A stretch of 64,000 nucleotides of DNA from Amphiscolops sp. MND2022 (lineage: Eukaryota): positions 63,552,001 to 63,616,000 of the forward strand of contig OZ076409.1 in assembly GCA_964187785.1 (NCBI GenBank). Direction: 5' to 3'. A model generated the notes under the pieces. It made no database searches. It was not told the DNA's origin and saw only the letters and a program-made list of their open reading frames with translations. Shown here one piece after another: positions 11,474 to 61,648 of the stretch (position 1 is its first letter; each line of letters begins with the position of its first letter). The position numbers and the translations under genes are program-made.

Positions 11474-14400
11474 TGCAAAGCGGCACACATCAACTCGCTC
11501 ACTACTAAGGGTTATCGTAAACTACACTTCTTGGAATATTACCCCAATGGCATAACCCCTGAAGTTGAAACAAGTTGAGGTTCATTGTAATTGCGTAATT
11601 GCGCTTAGTTGATCAACGAAAGGAATTCACAACATCCAGAGCAGGAAAAAATGATATTATCATTCATCATGAACATATTATGTAACGAACATCGATGAAC
11701 ACGTTAAAAAACTATTCCTCCATTCATTATTATGATTATCACGTGAAAGAGTAAAACTTTCTCCAGAAATTTGATTACACTCGAATTTGAAGTTCTTGGA
11801 ACTTCAACAGAAATTCATTTGCTTCATATACATAGCACGCTGAAGATGGATTCTTTGACGACGAAAAAAGATGCCTTCGCTAATTCCTGACTTTCTTTAA
11901 AATAATTTTACTAGGATATGAAGCGAAACATTTCATTTAAATTCACTGCAAACATTTTTTTTGCAAAAATGCCAACTTAGTAAATTCGACAGAAAGCATC
12001 CAGCTAGATCTTGGACTATAACCTTTTCACTAGCATTGCGAAGTTCTACTAATGAGCGATAGTGACCTTTTGCATTCTCATTTGAATACAGGCGACGCTG
12101 TCAGTGAACAACTAATCAGTAAACACTAGTTCGCTTTTTGTCAGTAAATTGGTCTTTACTAGCTGTCTGAGACTTAAATAAGCTGCTAAACGAAACATTT
12201 GTGACGATATTGTCTGGTCGGAAAAAAACAAGAAACCCTGTACAGTTTGAATAATATTTCAGGTTACGCAGAGTTATTAACCAGACAGGAACGTCTCAAG
12301 TCGTCCCAATGAAAATTCTGAAAAATCTGTGCCAAAAAAAAAACAGAAAGGGGCAGCCTTTTGAGAAAATTGAAAAAATTTTGAAGTACGTCGGACAAGT
12401 GCCGAAAAAACCTAACGGACCCTTTGTACTTTTTCATTTCGCAGATGATGTTCGGTTTTAGAGCCTGAAGGGTAATTGGGTTTTCCGGTAATTTGCTACT
12501 TTTTTCGAGGGATTTTTTCTCGAGAAATGATTTTTCAGTTGAAGAGTTTTTCGAGCGCAAAGGGAGCCTTTCTATTTTTGGCACTCTGAAAACTGTGAGA
12601 TTTTGATAGAAGCATTTCTGAGCATTTTAATGAGACTCCGCGCTTGAGCCTTAAACGGGGGCGCTGACTTGAGGCATTCTCGTATTATTTAATCTCTCTC
12701 GTGAGTCCAGAATGAGTCTCATTAGCTGAAAACACTGTTATCGACAGTTAGTGTTATTGTGCCTCAACTTTTTCAACTCAAAAGGACTTTTCGCCATTAG
12801 GTTATAGAGTTCACGAAAAGTTTCAACTGTTTCAACTACCAGCCTTACAGATGGTGCCAACTTTGGAAATTAAAGGCAAAGTGAAATGTGGGTGAAGCTT
12901 TTAGTTTAGTGAATTAACTGTAGTGGCTATGATGTTCACCATAATGCACTTCAGCCAAAAGTGAACGAAAGATTGAAATTTGGCATTTATGGCAGTGAAA
13001 GCTTTGAAAGCAGTATAGCAAGGAATGAAAGGTGTTAGCGACAAAAACAACAGCGAGAGCGAATTCAAAGAAATCAACATTTCAGCTGCCCATTATTAGT
13101 CAAGAGTGCTACATACGAAATGTCTGAAACAAGTTTTGGCTATACTTCCAAGTGAAGCTGCATTCGAAAAGCAATTGTAATAGCCCTTAGCATTCAACGT
13201 CCGAAACGTGCAACTTCGCAGAGTGAACCATATAGTGTGATGTACTCACATTAAAAAATGGAATTAACAAAATTCATTATTGCCAAAAGACTTATTTTTC
13301 AAAACTAACGAAGCCAAAAAAGCGAACGTAGTGAAGTAGTTTTTACTTTAGGTAGCGAGTAGTAGCGGTTCTAGCAACCAATACCACTATGTAGACACTA
13401 AGGTAAAGATATAGACCTGAAAATATTCAAATTTATTCTCCAAATTGCAAATTGCGTTGACCGTGGTTTGATCGCTAAACAAATTTAACGTTGCCGTCTG
13501 CTAATGTTTTTCGAAACTATCGCTAACGCTAGTGACCGCTTTTGCTTGAAAATCTAATCGCCAAGTCGTACTTTGTAAGAAAACTCTGTTTTACTGAATA
13601 CCTGATTTCAGTGTGGCAGTAAAACGCTCCTTTGATTAATTATTCATGAACTCCAGTACATTTTTGGATTCCTTTAAGCCACCAAGATTTATTCTTTGAT
13701 ATGTGCCTGGATTTTAGTTGACGCTTGTTGTAAGAAAAAAGTGCCCAAGTCTTACAGTGGTATGTTTTTTGTAAGATGACAACTTCCACTTCACAATTAT
13801 CTAGTCTAAGAACTGAAGTGTACTAACAGGTGCTAAAGGGTGTTCCCTCTAAATTTTCTTATTTTTACATCACCTACGAAATAGGAAAGGCCTAGTGGCT
13901 AGGATGCCCAGAATTGATACAAAAATAGATACTTGAACGATTTTTTTCTCAATGATTTTTATAGGACATCAAACCTGTCTAGATTTGAGAGCCTACCAGA
14001 ACCCAAGGATGCCATGAAACCATGTAGTCCCGTCCGGTTTTGTATCTTACGTTAAAAATTGAGTACACCAAAGGGGACCCTTTGCACTAACTTAGATGCG
14101 TTTCCGTTTGCCGGTCCAGTAGTTTAGTAGTTCTGTAAAAAAAAGTGTTCACTACGCATACATTCTGTGGTCTGACGAAAAAAAAGAAAAAAAACTTGCC
14201 ACTGTAATAGTCGGGCTCATTTTGTTAAAATGCGCCGACTAAAAACGTCTTCGATTCCCCATTTTAACATCGGTAAAGACACTCCTCGAGTCTGAAGGGT
14301 CCGGTCTTCAAACTTTTTGGCAATAAGCGACTTTTCCCCACCAAATTGTTTTCATTTGATTTTTTCAGCATTTCTCCAGGCCACAGGGCGCCCCTTCTGA

Positions 14401-16166
14401 TTTTTTAGAATCTTTGAAATGTACGAGAATTCGCTGAAAGCCACTCTGAGCATACTTGAGAAATTTTGAGTCGGACGCGGAAGTGAGACGTTCTTATCTT
14501 GCTATTCTTGAAGATCATCCACCACTTTCAGACTACAAAGACCAACAATTTGCACGGAAAAGGTTAATTCTTTTCCTTTTATGTTTGTTTTGTACGCTTA
14601 AACAACGGAATTAGCCAAATGACAATAAGCAACGGTGACTTTATCATAGTTGCATCAAGAGATATCTTTCCAATTTCATTCTCACGAAGAATGATGGTAA
14701 AAGATTCGGTACTCCTGACTAAGTGTGGTCCCTACAAAATTTATGCAGCCGGCCTGAAAACTCCTGACTAAGTGTGGTCAGTTTTTGAGAAAGTTTTCAT
14801 TGAAATGTAGGGGAAAAAGGCACGAGTGCCTAAGTTGCCGAAATTTTTCCAACACCTAAAAACCCGACGACGAAAAGCTAGTACAATAGCCGCGTTTTAT
14901 CTTAAAGCGCCGACTAACATGGGGATTGAAAACAAGTTTGTCGTGTGAATATTTATTCAATTGAATTATTATCTTATAATTTGATGGTCAACTTGTGTGA
15001 GCAGTTTTTTGCGACTGAGGCGGAGTTGATAAACACACATCTCATATTCTGCATCTAATTAATTGATCTACATCTACATAAGATGAGAGAATAAATGAGT
15101 ATTCATCAGGTCGAGCGGCCGGGTCGGGTCAAGAGCCAAAAATAGGTCAAACAGATTCAATCTCAACAGAAGAACAACCTTTTGAACGTTGATATAAAAT
15201 GAGCATTGAGTAAGTGCGATAGATGAGTGGAGCGGTAGCCGTGATTTTAACCGAACAGGATTATAGCCGCTTGTGATTTTAACCGAATCTACATGCATTA
15301 ACTTTCATTTTTCGGACTACATGTAATTGTTACATAATAGTTACGAAATTGAAGCTTCGTTCTCAAGTGGTTTAACCAATTGAAATTGAGAATTCAATTC
15401 TATTCGGCTATAATACCATTCGTCTTCAATCTCGTTCGGCCATAATCCATACCACCGAGTGGAGCATGGATGGGGTGACGTCATACTTATGAAGTAGAAA
15501 TTGGTTACGTCAGCCAATCATTGAACTTCATTTAGTTTGGACACCGGGGGCTGCAATTGGGTTATTGGCTTGCATAAAAACATTCCAATGCAATTCATGA
15601 TAAACCATCAATATGACAATTAATACTGTTTGATCATTTTGTGAAAAATGAATATTTTAAGAACAGCAATGTATTTACACAGAATGCAACAATTAAATTG
15701 ATAAATAATAATTATTACTTATATATAATTGATTCGAAAACGGCCTGACAAATCAAAATAAAATCATAATTTCAAATGTATTTAATTTAATTTCATAAAA
15801 ATCGAAGCAATCTACTGCATCTTAAAAGATGAAACAATGCCAGTTTTGAAAAACTCCTGCAAAACTGTTGCATTGGTACACTCTACGATACGGAGCAAAA
15901 ACGCTCTATATACTACAAAAAATAAATCGGCTGACAACAAAAATCTCATTAAATATTATTTTGATGTTTTCAGACATAGTTGCAAGAGCGTTTTTCAAAG
16001 AAGTGACAGAACATGATCAACTAAAAATTAGAATAAAATTATCTGATTGCACATCAAAGTTTGGCCAGGTATAATATCATAGACCTGTGACCTCAATTCT
16101 CTACACTGAGTGCACCCGAAAGGTAGAATCTTGGAACACAATGAAAAGTCTGAAATCAATTGAAAC

Positions 16167-16435
16167 GGTACGTGTCAAAATTATTAAATTTGAAATCGCC
16201 AAGGTCAAAATCTCTTGAACCGAATGAAATCAAAACATTTATTGTATGGTTCGACATTCGCACTTACAGGGCGCTTGGTGCCCCTCCAGGCTGGCCTTTC
16301 TCCAGCCACTGGACCAGTAGCGGCGCGTCGCTTCGCTCCTGCATTTAGGACAATTGGTATATGATTCAGCTAATCAAGCTTCTGTTGTTCAGCTTTTGAC
16401 CTAAGATATTTCAACTTAGATTTTGACCACATGCC
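16167..16435. mobile_element. Non-autonomous TIR element, 9-bp TSD, with GCGAAGC core in reverse orientation
   Basis: TSD aattgaaac (16158-16166) / aattgaagc (16436-16444); termini GGTACGTGTCAAAAT / ATTTTGACCACATGCC; internal cgcttcgctcctgcatttaggac. Confidence 0.75.
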
Positions 16436-19049
16436 AATTGAAGCAAGAAATCTGTTCGTAAAACATTCCATGGTCCCAGACAAAAGCATTACCAAGACCA
16501 CGTACTTTTTGTATTTTTTTGAATATCAATATTTTCATCATTCTACCCTTGGATTGCACATACCTCGATTTACTATAATCAAAAATTAACTACAATACAT
16601 CCATCTTTAAAACGAGCAAAATCAAACAGAATTTCGGTATTTGACACAAGATACTTTTCATACAGTATACTCTTTTTACAAAATTTTTATACTGTTTTAG
16701 ATTTTAAAAAGCAGAAAACATGGATGGTATTTGATAAAATTGGGTACCCTGTGAAGCCCAAATCCTGTTTCCCATTTCGCCTTGATCGAATGTAGGAAAT
16801 TAAGCACCGTGAAATTGCTTCCACTCCGTCCTTAAATCGAAAGAGGAGACAAAAGACTGAGGAGAATGTGGGATGTGTGACGACTAGTAATAGTTATAAT
16901 TAATATTCATTACAGTGTATTGCACGATTGAACCCCGTAAAAAGCACAATCCACGATTATCGGAGAACTGATATGCGATACTAGAAGTACGCAAATAAAT
17001 TATGCTTGCAAAAGTACCCGACAGCATAGGCACACATGAAAAAAAATAACCGATAACCGTATTTAACAGATAAAAAAGCATGAATAGACTATGGTTGACG
17101 GTCATTTAGAGCCAGACAGTACACTGATTAATATTAACTTAATTATAACTTGTCACTAAGATTGCTTGAGCAGTTCATTTTATAAATATGGCGGCAGTAG
17201 TGGCAAGGGAACATGAAACGGTTGTTCATTTTTTTCATTACTACAGTAAATTGTCAGAATAGAAAGTTAATTAGGACATTAACGATATAAATTTCAGCTC
17301 GATTGCACAGCTCTAATGGGTTTCATTGCAACAGTTAGAACATGGTGACATTCAAAAGGAACCAACGTCCATTTCAACAAAAATTTTTCCATAATTTTAT
17401 TGGGCAAAAACTGTCCAGCACTAGTAAAAACTTCAGTCATTCGTAAACTTGAGACACTAGCATATCAACGATTCACTAGAAAAACTAACGAAACTCGAGC
17501 AAACTATCAAAAGATAGTACGGGCGACCAATCAACGCCCAAACTGTACCTCAACATGATGGTTGAACAAAAATGGTTCCCAGAATTGAGCATAGAAATAT
17601 ATCACTAGAATATTTTTCAGTGGTACAATTAATGAGGTCGTAACGGACGTTGTATATCGACAGAAAAGTCAAGGTCGAATTGTCTTCCAGGACATTTCTC
17701 GGAAATTGGGATTTTGTCAATGTAACGATAGGACACAATCAATTTAATACATTTACAGTACATCAGAAAGAAATTGTACAATACAAATGCTTGCTTTGGA
17801 TAAGAAGCATCGTGATTACCAACGATATTATTGATTGCTGCGGGCTGTGGAATTATGTAATAATGCTCCCGATAGAATTAGTCATTTGAATCGAAATATT
17901 TGCAAAAAGAGCAGGGCCTGAAAAATAAAGAAGCATTTATTAAATGCAAGCTATTAGACGATGTGGCAACTATTCAACAATATGCACTGCACAACTTTCA
18001 AATTATGTTCCGAAAGTTGAAAAGAGTTCAGTTTCTGCTGAAGATTCAAAAACAACAAAAAATGTTGAAGTACATCGAGAAGCTTCAAGATAAAGACTAG
18101 GCAGAAACTGAATTATTTACATATGAGTGAAACGGATGAAAAACAATGTTTGTTCATTTAGAGTCAAAGGATGACTTTCATCATTAAAACTTGTCAACAA
18201 GGTCAAAAAATCATTTCTTTCCTTTCCCATTCGAGTACGCCAGCAAGGCCAAGAATAAATCCGGAAATCGTCATGAGAAAAGGAGGTATGTAGGATTGAG
18301 TGCGGTGGGTTATTTCTTTCATTTAAATGGAAGCTTTACAGCAACCTTAAACTGGCGATGTTATTCGTTATTCACGGCAGTCATTCGACCCAAAGTGGGT
18401 GGTTTAGCATCAGCCACATTGGGTTTTGGCAAGTTGTGAGCTGGCGTGGCATTCCATTAATAGCAACATATGAGGGTTGATTAGGTCGTGGCGGGACATT
18501 AGTTTTAGGAATATTCGTGAAAATACTAGTACTCGAGGTTACGTATCCATTCAAATATTTTGCAGGGGCTCGAAACCCAGAAGCTGCCAATAATAATATT
18601 CCTACTTTGTAAGCAGGATGACGTCGCAAAAGGAGCATTCTAGGGGCTCTGTGAATGGGAAAATGACATCCATAACGGATTCAAACATTTCGCAGACAAG
18701 CAATAGCCGTAAAGGAAACACAAGTCAGTTCGTTTAGCTGATTCAGCATTCTGTAGTCGGGTCCGGCTGCTCGGCGAATGACAGTGGCCTGTTCCAGTAA
18801 AGGGTGGTGATAATGCAAGGGTGAAACGAATTGAAGTACAAAAATAAATTGCCTTCTCTTTACAAAAAACCCATCCGTCATCGTAACTGAACGCAGACAT
18901 GAATTCAGTTTTGTAATTCCGAATCTTAACGAAAACTCAATTCCATATTATGTCTTGTGCATCCGCTGTGCCAAGATGCTATTTCTGATGACTAACATAG
19001 TTGCGTTCATCAGAAGCTAAAGACTTGTATCTGACCGGGGATAGGGGGA

Positions 19050-56805
<37,756 letters not shown>

Positions 56806-58457
56806 TTCAATTTCGACTCAACTAGATTGCTGCTTTGCTGGAAAGACCACTGCTCATAAAGATCCAACGAGAAACTTGGTCCACTGCTCCTTTCAGGATG
56901 GGATTTTAAACTGTTATCAGCTAATTACTTTTTACTCAACGTTTTTGGATTTTTGGAATAAATTCCACATTTTGGATTCCACAAATATCCAAATTTTTCA
57001 AAAACAAACATGTTATCTTCATTTATTCAGATCATAATCTCTTTCCTTGGAAAACCCTCGATCTGAATGAAAATGATGTCCATGATTTAATTTGAACCGT
57101 TTATTTGCTTTGAAAATGAACGTTTTTTGTTGAGCTTAAAAACGAATGTTTCAGTATAATAACCCACTCCGAAGGAAACAAGCCGAGAGAAGGATAGAAG
57201 GGAGAACAAAGAGAAGCAAGAACTTGGCGCGTCTCTTCAGAGTAGATTCACTTCACGAGGAGGCTAAGCAAAGCAGGGGCTGAAATGATGATTCGGAAAA
57301 TGCGTTCAGTATATCCACGGACTAACATTCCACGCAGCTCATTTTTCTCTGAAAGTGCTTGATTTGATATATCAATTCATTGTCGAATTATACTGAATGA
57401 TAAGGTGGTATTGAAAGAAGGAGGTTATAAAGACGGGTTTCATGAATACCAGTTGTACGGACTTCCATCTTAATGCAAAACTTTCCGTAAAGCGACGAAC
57501 GACACATTGAATGAAGCGACAAGATCAAAAGATCATTCTTCGGTTTCGAGGTACCTAATTAGTTTTGAAATGAACAATTGGTTGTCAGAAACGTTTCTCC
57601 AAGTGCATTTAAAACAGAATATCGTACAAATATGATGCAATCAATTTCACGAAATGAACTCGTTTCATCAAGTTCCCATCGGTGAACTCGTTTCTTCCAT
57701 TGGAAAACAGCACATTGTCCCCTGCAGGAAGTGCTTTTGTATGTAACCACACACCAGATTAAAAACTGATTTTCCAACAAATTGGAAAGATTGCTGAAAT
57801 TGTGATACATTTTCAAAGGTCTAAATCTTACTAATTCAGAAGAATGTAATTTCAGACGAGCGATAACAAGCAGAACATTGTATCTTTGAAAGGACGAATT
57901 GAAAGCACACTTGTAACATGCAGAACAGGTATATAATGAATCCTTTCCATCGTGAAAATATAATCTTTGACAGTTCTTTTCAGCAGGATTTCAGGAAACG
58001 ACAAAAGGAAGTGTTTCGTAGAAATTAGAGGCATAAAATCAAACGTAAATATTCATCAATAATTAAAACTTACGTTGTCAGCTCATAGAACATTTAATAC
58101 ATTTCTCACGAATGCTCCGACCGTCATTGGAACGTTCAGATTTGCAAAATGAAAAACTTTAAAGCTACGGAAAAGCTCAATCGAAAGTATTATAAAATAC
58201 AGCATTCGGAGAAGTCTATAGCTTCATTTGTAAAATTTCATAATCAATTTCAAAAAATATATATATTTTCAAAGTAAACAATAATTGCCAAGTACCATGA
58301 GCGACACCTGGCACAAGCAAAGTGCGATTGCAGATTCCACAACGAAGTCAAATAGATGGCAATGATCTGCAGATACATCGAAAATCATACGGATGTTTTC
58401 TTTATTCATAAAGTAACAAGCACAATTAGGCCCATCCAAAACAAAACTCATCACCGC

Positions 58458-59595
58458 CAAGGTTGTTAAGCTGTTTAAAACACGTTTAAAACAAGAGGTA
58501 AAAACATGTTTAAAACAACTTCGAAAAAAACATTGTATTTTTCAGATCTTGTAAAATGCCACGAATAAAAGACGAAATATGGAAACAATTTAATGAAGTG
58601 ACCCTGGCAAATGGCACTATTAGAGCGGAATGCAAAGGATGCAAGGCAAGCATCGTGGGACTTGTGTCACGAATGAAAACCCATTTCGAAGCATGTTCTA
58701 AGAAGAGAGCTGCACCACAAAACACAACGGATGATGAACCCACGCCAAAACAGACCAAACAATCTACATTGCCATTTCTCACTTCCGGGACGAAGCAGCA
58801 TGCAATACATCTTCAAATTGCAAGGTGCATCATTGCAACAGGAAGTGCATTTCGAAGCGTTGAAAACAAGCAATTCAAAAATATGGTACAATTACTTCGC
58901 CCTGGAACTGTTTTGCCCACGCGTCAACTTGTTTCCGGCACCTTGCTGGATGGTATATATGACATCGAAAAGGCTAAAGTTTCCTCACTTGTCACAGGAC
59001 TAGAAGGAACACTTCTTGTAGACGGATGGTCTGATCTGACCAACCACTGGCACCCTGTCATCGGCGTTGCATTTGTGACCAATGGTCAAGGCTATTTGGT
59101 CACTACCGTAGATTCCCCAGGAGCGTTTCCTCAAGTTATGTTTTACATGGCAAAAGAGGCGCCATTTTCAAGCAATCTTTTCGGCAAGGACTACGAAAAT
59201 ATATCAGCTACATCTTGGTGGAAAACGGGTAGACGATTGGGATTTCCAGATGATCTCGTAAATGTTGCATTGCCACTTGTAGCTGCCGCTTCCAGTTCAG
59301 CTGGACTGGAGAGGCAATTTTCGACTATGGGATTCACGTATGGAACTCTGAGGGCTCAACTTGGTGTTGAAAAAGCTGGGAAAATTGCCTTCCTGTATCG
59401 CGAACTAAACAAATAAATTGCTCCTCCATTTGAATTTTTTGTAACATTTGTTTTACTGTAACGTTTGTTGTATTATGTTGTATTTTTTATTATTACAAAA
59501 AAAAACAATAAAATACAAAAAAAAAACAGTTTAATTCAGAAAAAAACATGTTTTAAACAATTTTAGGAAAAAAACTGTTAAATATAACAACGATG
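58458..59595 (+). mobile_element. hAT DNA transposon, internally deleted (1138 bp)
   Basis: Perfect 8-bp TSD atcaccgc at 58450-58457 and 59596-59603; imperfect TIRs CAAGGTTGTTA / TAACAACGATG. Confidence 0.92.
58556..59416 (+). CDS. Truncated hAT transposase, 286 aa: BED zinc finger, first catalytic Asp region and C-terminal dimerisation domain
   Basis: IWKQF...AECKGC...RMKTHFEAC (BED); LLVDGWSD; WWK...AAASSSAGLERQFS...RAQLG (hATC). Much shorter than a full hAT transposase. Confidence 0.85.
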   Translation: MPRIKDEIWKQFNEVTLANGTIRAECKGCKASIVGLVSRMKTHFEACSKKRAAPQNTTDDEPTPKQTKQSTLPFLTSGTKQHAIHLQIARCIIATGSAFRSVENKQFKNMVQLLRPGTVLPTRQLVSGTLLDGIYDIEKAKVSSLVTGLEGTLLVDGWSDLTNHWHPVIGVAFVTNGQGYLVTTVDSPGAFPQVMFYMAKEAPFSSNLFGKDYENISATSWWKTGRRLGFPDDLVNVALPLVAAASSSAGLERQFSTMGFTYGTLRAQLGVEKAGKIAFLYRELNK

Positions 59596-59900
59596 ATCAC
59601 CGCAAAATAACACAACAAACATAATGCAGCTAAAAACAAATGGGAACAAACAAATATTTCAGCAGCTGTTGTTGAGAAAATTCCATAAAGGCTTACAGCG
59701 CCAAAAAAAATGAAAAAGGGCCTTTCCCGCTTTCATTTGGTTGATAAATACAAAAATAATCGAAGGGCGGCCCCTTCTGGACTATGATAAAAATTGCAAA
59801 GGGGCCCTTTGTCTATTCTAGCTGTATAGGTAGCTTAAAAACTCCATTAACCAAAAACCATTTGAATGTTTTGCAGATGTTTTCCAAAAGTAGCACTCCA

Positions 59901-61648
59901 ACAAGCCGGGAACGGCATATGTCGGCGCCACGCTCAAAAAATATGAGTTTTAAATCAATTGATAACTTTTCCGAACTTCTTCAAAACCTCAAAATGCCAA
60001 AAAATTTAGAGAACCTTTTGGTCAGCGAAATTTTTTTCAGCTAAAAAGTCAAAAAACCGAAGGGAACCATTTCGTGAAATAAAAGTCTCACAGTGCCGTT
60101 AAAGCGCACATACATCTCTGTAGGCCAAATCAAACTGTCAAAAATGAAAGGACTCTATAAACCCCTCTGGAATCTATAGTCCTTAGACTGGAAGTAGATG
60201 CTTTGTTAGATCATTTATGTATCCATCACTTCGCCCGGATTGAAAAAAAATGACGAAAAACCATTCTAATAGTCGGGTTTTAGATTTCATAAAGCGATTT
60301 CATTCGAACAACAAAGCTCAAGAGAATGCTATCAAAGTCTAGCTGGCTGAACGGAAATCGAAGAAAGTGGCCAGTACATTACAAAGGATGCTGTTTTTAA
60401 AATCAGTTTAAAAAATCAAAATTCAACACAGAGACGACGCCGTGCTTCGCAAACACTTGCGTTGTGATTTTTTCAAGAGAAAACCAAATAAGCAATATCA
60501 TACGAACAACCAAAGGGAAAAGTATATTGTTAAAATTTCATCAATTTTACAGCCCCAAAAAATACCAGGAGGGATACGCATAAGTTTTGAAAACCATTTT
60601 CCACCAACTGGAAACAGCAAAAACCGATCTTTATCAACAGAAAACCTTTCAAAAAAGGATTTTTTTGAAAGTTTTCGAAAAAATTTTTTGATGAAGGTCT
60701 CCGGTAAGTCTCTTAGTCCCGAAAACCCTGAGGAGTCCTTTATGCTCGCTAAACGTTCCGTTTCTAGAAAAATGGGGGCTTCGATGAAAGAAAAATTAGA
60801 AAAAAGTCGCATAGAAAAAACGCCGGTCTTTAAAACAAAAATCGGATATAGGGTGCTGTGCCTCAGAAAACCTAATTTTAGACCTAATTATTCATTTTGA
60901 GAAATCTCACAATGCCAAAAACTAAAAGAGGGGACGCTTCGAGATTTTTAACATCCATTCTGTTGCAAAATATCAAAAAATTGAAGGGGACCCTTTGATG
61001 ACATTAGAAAATTTTCGAAAGTCTTACAAACCCGAAAAGGGGGAAGTCTCATAGTACCGGAAAAAGTGGAAACATGCTTCGGAAAGCTTGTAAAACAAGA
61101 TGTGAACGTCTAAAGTCGGCGCTATATCTAAGGCTCAAAAAGCGCAAAGTTTTTAAACCTGTAAAAGGGGGACCCTTCGAGCTTTTTGAAAATCCAGTTT
61201 GTTGCAAAATATCAAATAAATTGAAGGGGGGACGGACCCTTTGAGACAAAAATTTTCGAATTTTTTTAACTTTCGAAAAAAAACGAAAAATGAGAATTTC
61301 GAATAGTCTCATAGTGCCGAAATACATAAAAGGGGAGACCCTTTGGGCTGTTTGACACTTTATTTGCTGCAAAATATCAAAAAAACTTGAAGGTGGGGCC
61401 CTTCGAATGCAAAAAAATTCGAAAGTCGCACAGTGCCGAAAAAAATTGAAAGAAGGAATCCTTCAGTCTCGTCCGCTTTCGCAAATGCTCGAAAAAGTTT
61501 CTGGCTAAAGCAAGGACTCGAACCCGTGACCGCTGGGTTCACCGTGAACCGAGTAAAGTCTGTACTAAAAAGTGGTACATACGTGATGAGGTCTGTTGTT
61601 TGACGAAAAAAAAGTAGCCACTGTAGTCGAGCTCTTTAGCGCCGACTA
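59901..61648 (-). mobile_element. HINE family copies (59901-~60290 and 61095-61648) with intervening related fragments
   Basis: acaagccgggaacggcatatgtcggcgc; acaagatgtgaacgtctaaagtcggcgc ... gcgccgactaaaaa. Confidence 0.7.

Noticed and set aside
12950..13200. Possible hAT transposase C-terminal remnant (AAFEKQL)
   Set aside because: Too short and degenerate to support.
15470..15520. CRE (TGACGTCA) plus CCAAT promoter-like cluster
   Set aside because: No linked gene start identified; short motifs occur by chance or within repeats.
18381..18900. Minus-strand ORFs downstream of the PRKD stop
   Set aside because: No motifs or clear splice partners; most simply PRKD 3' UTR.
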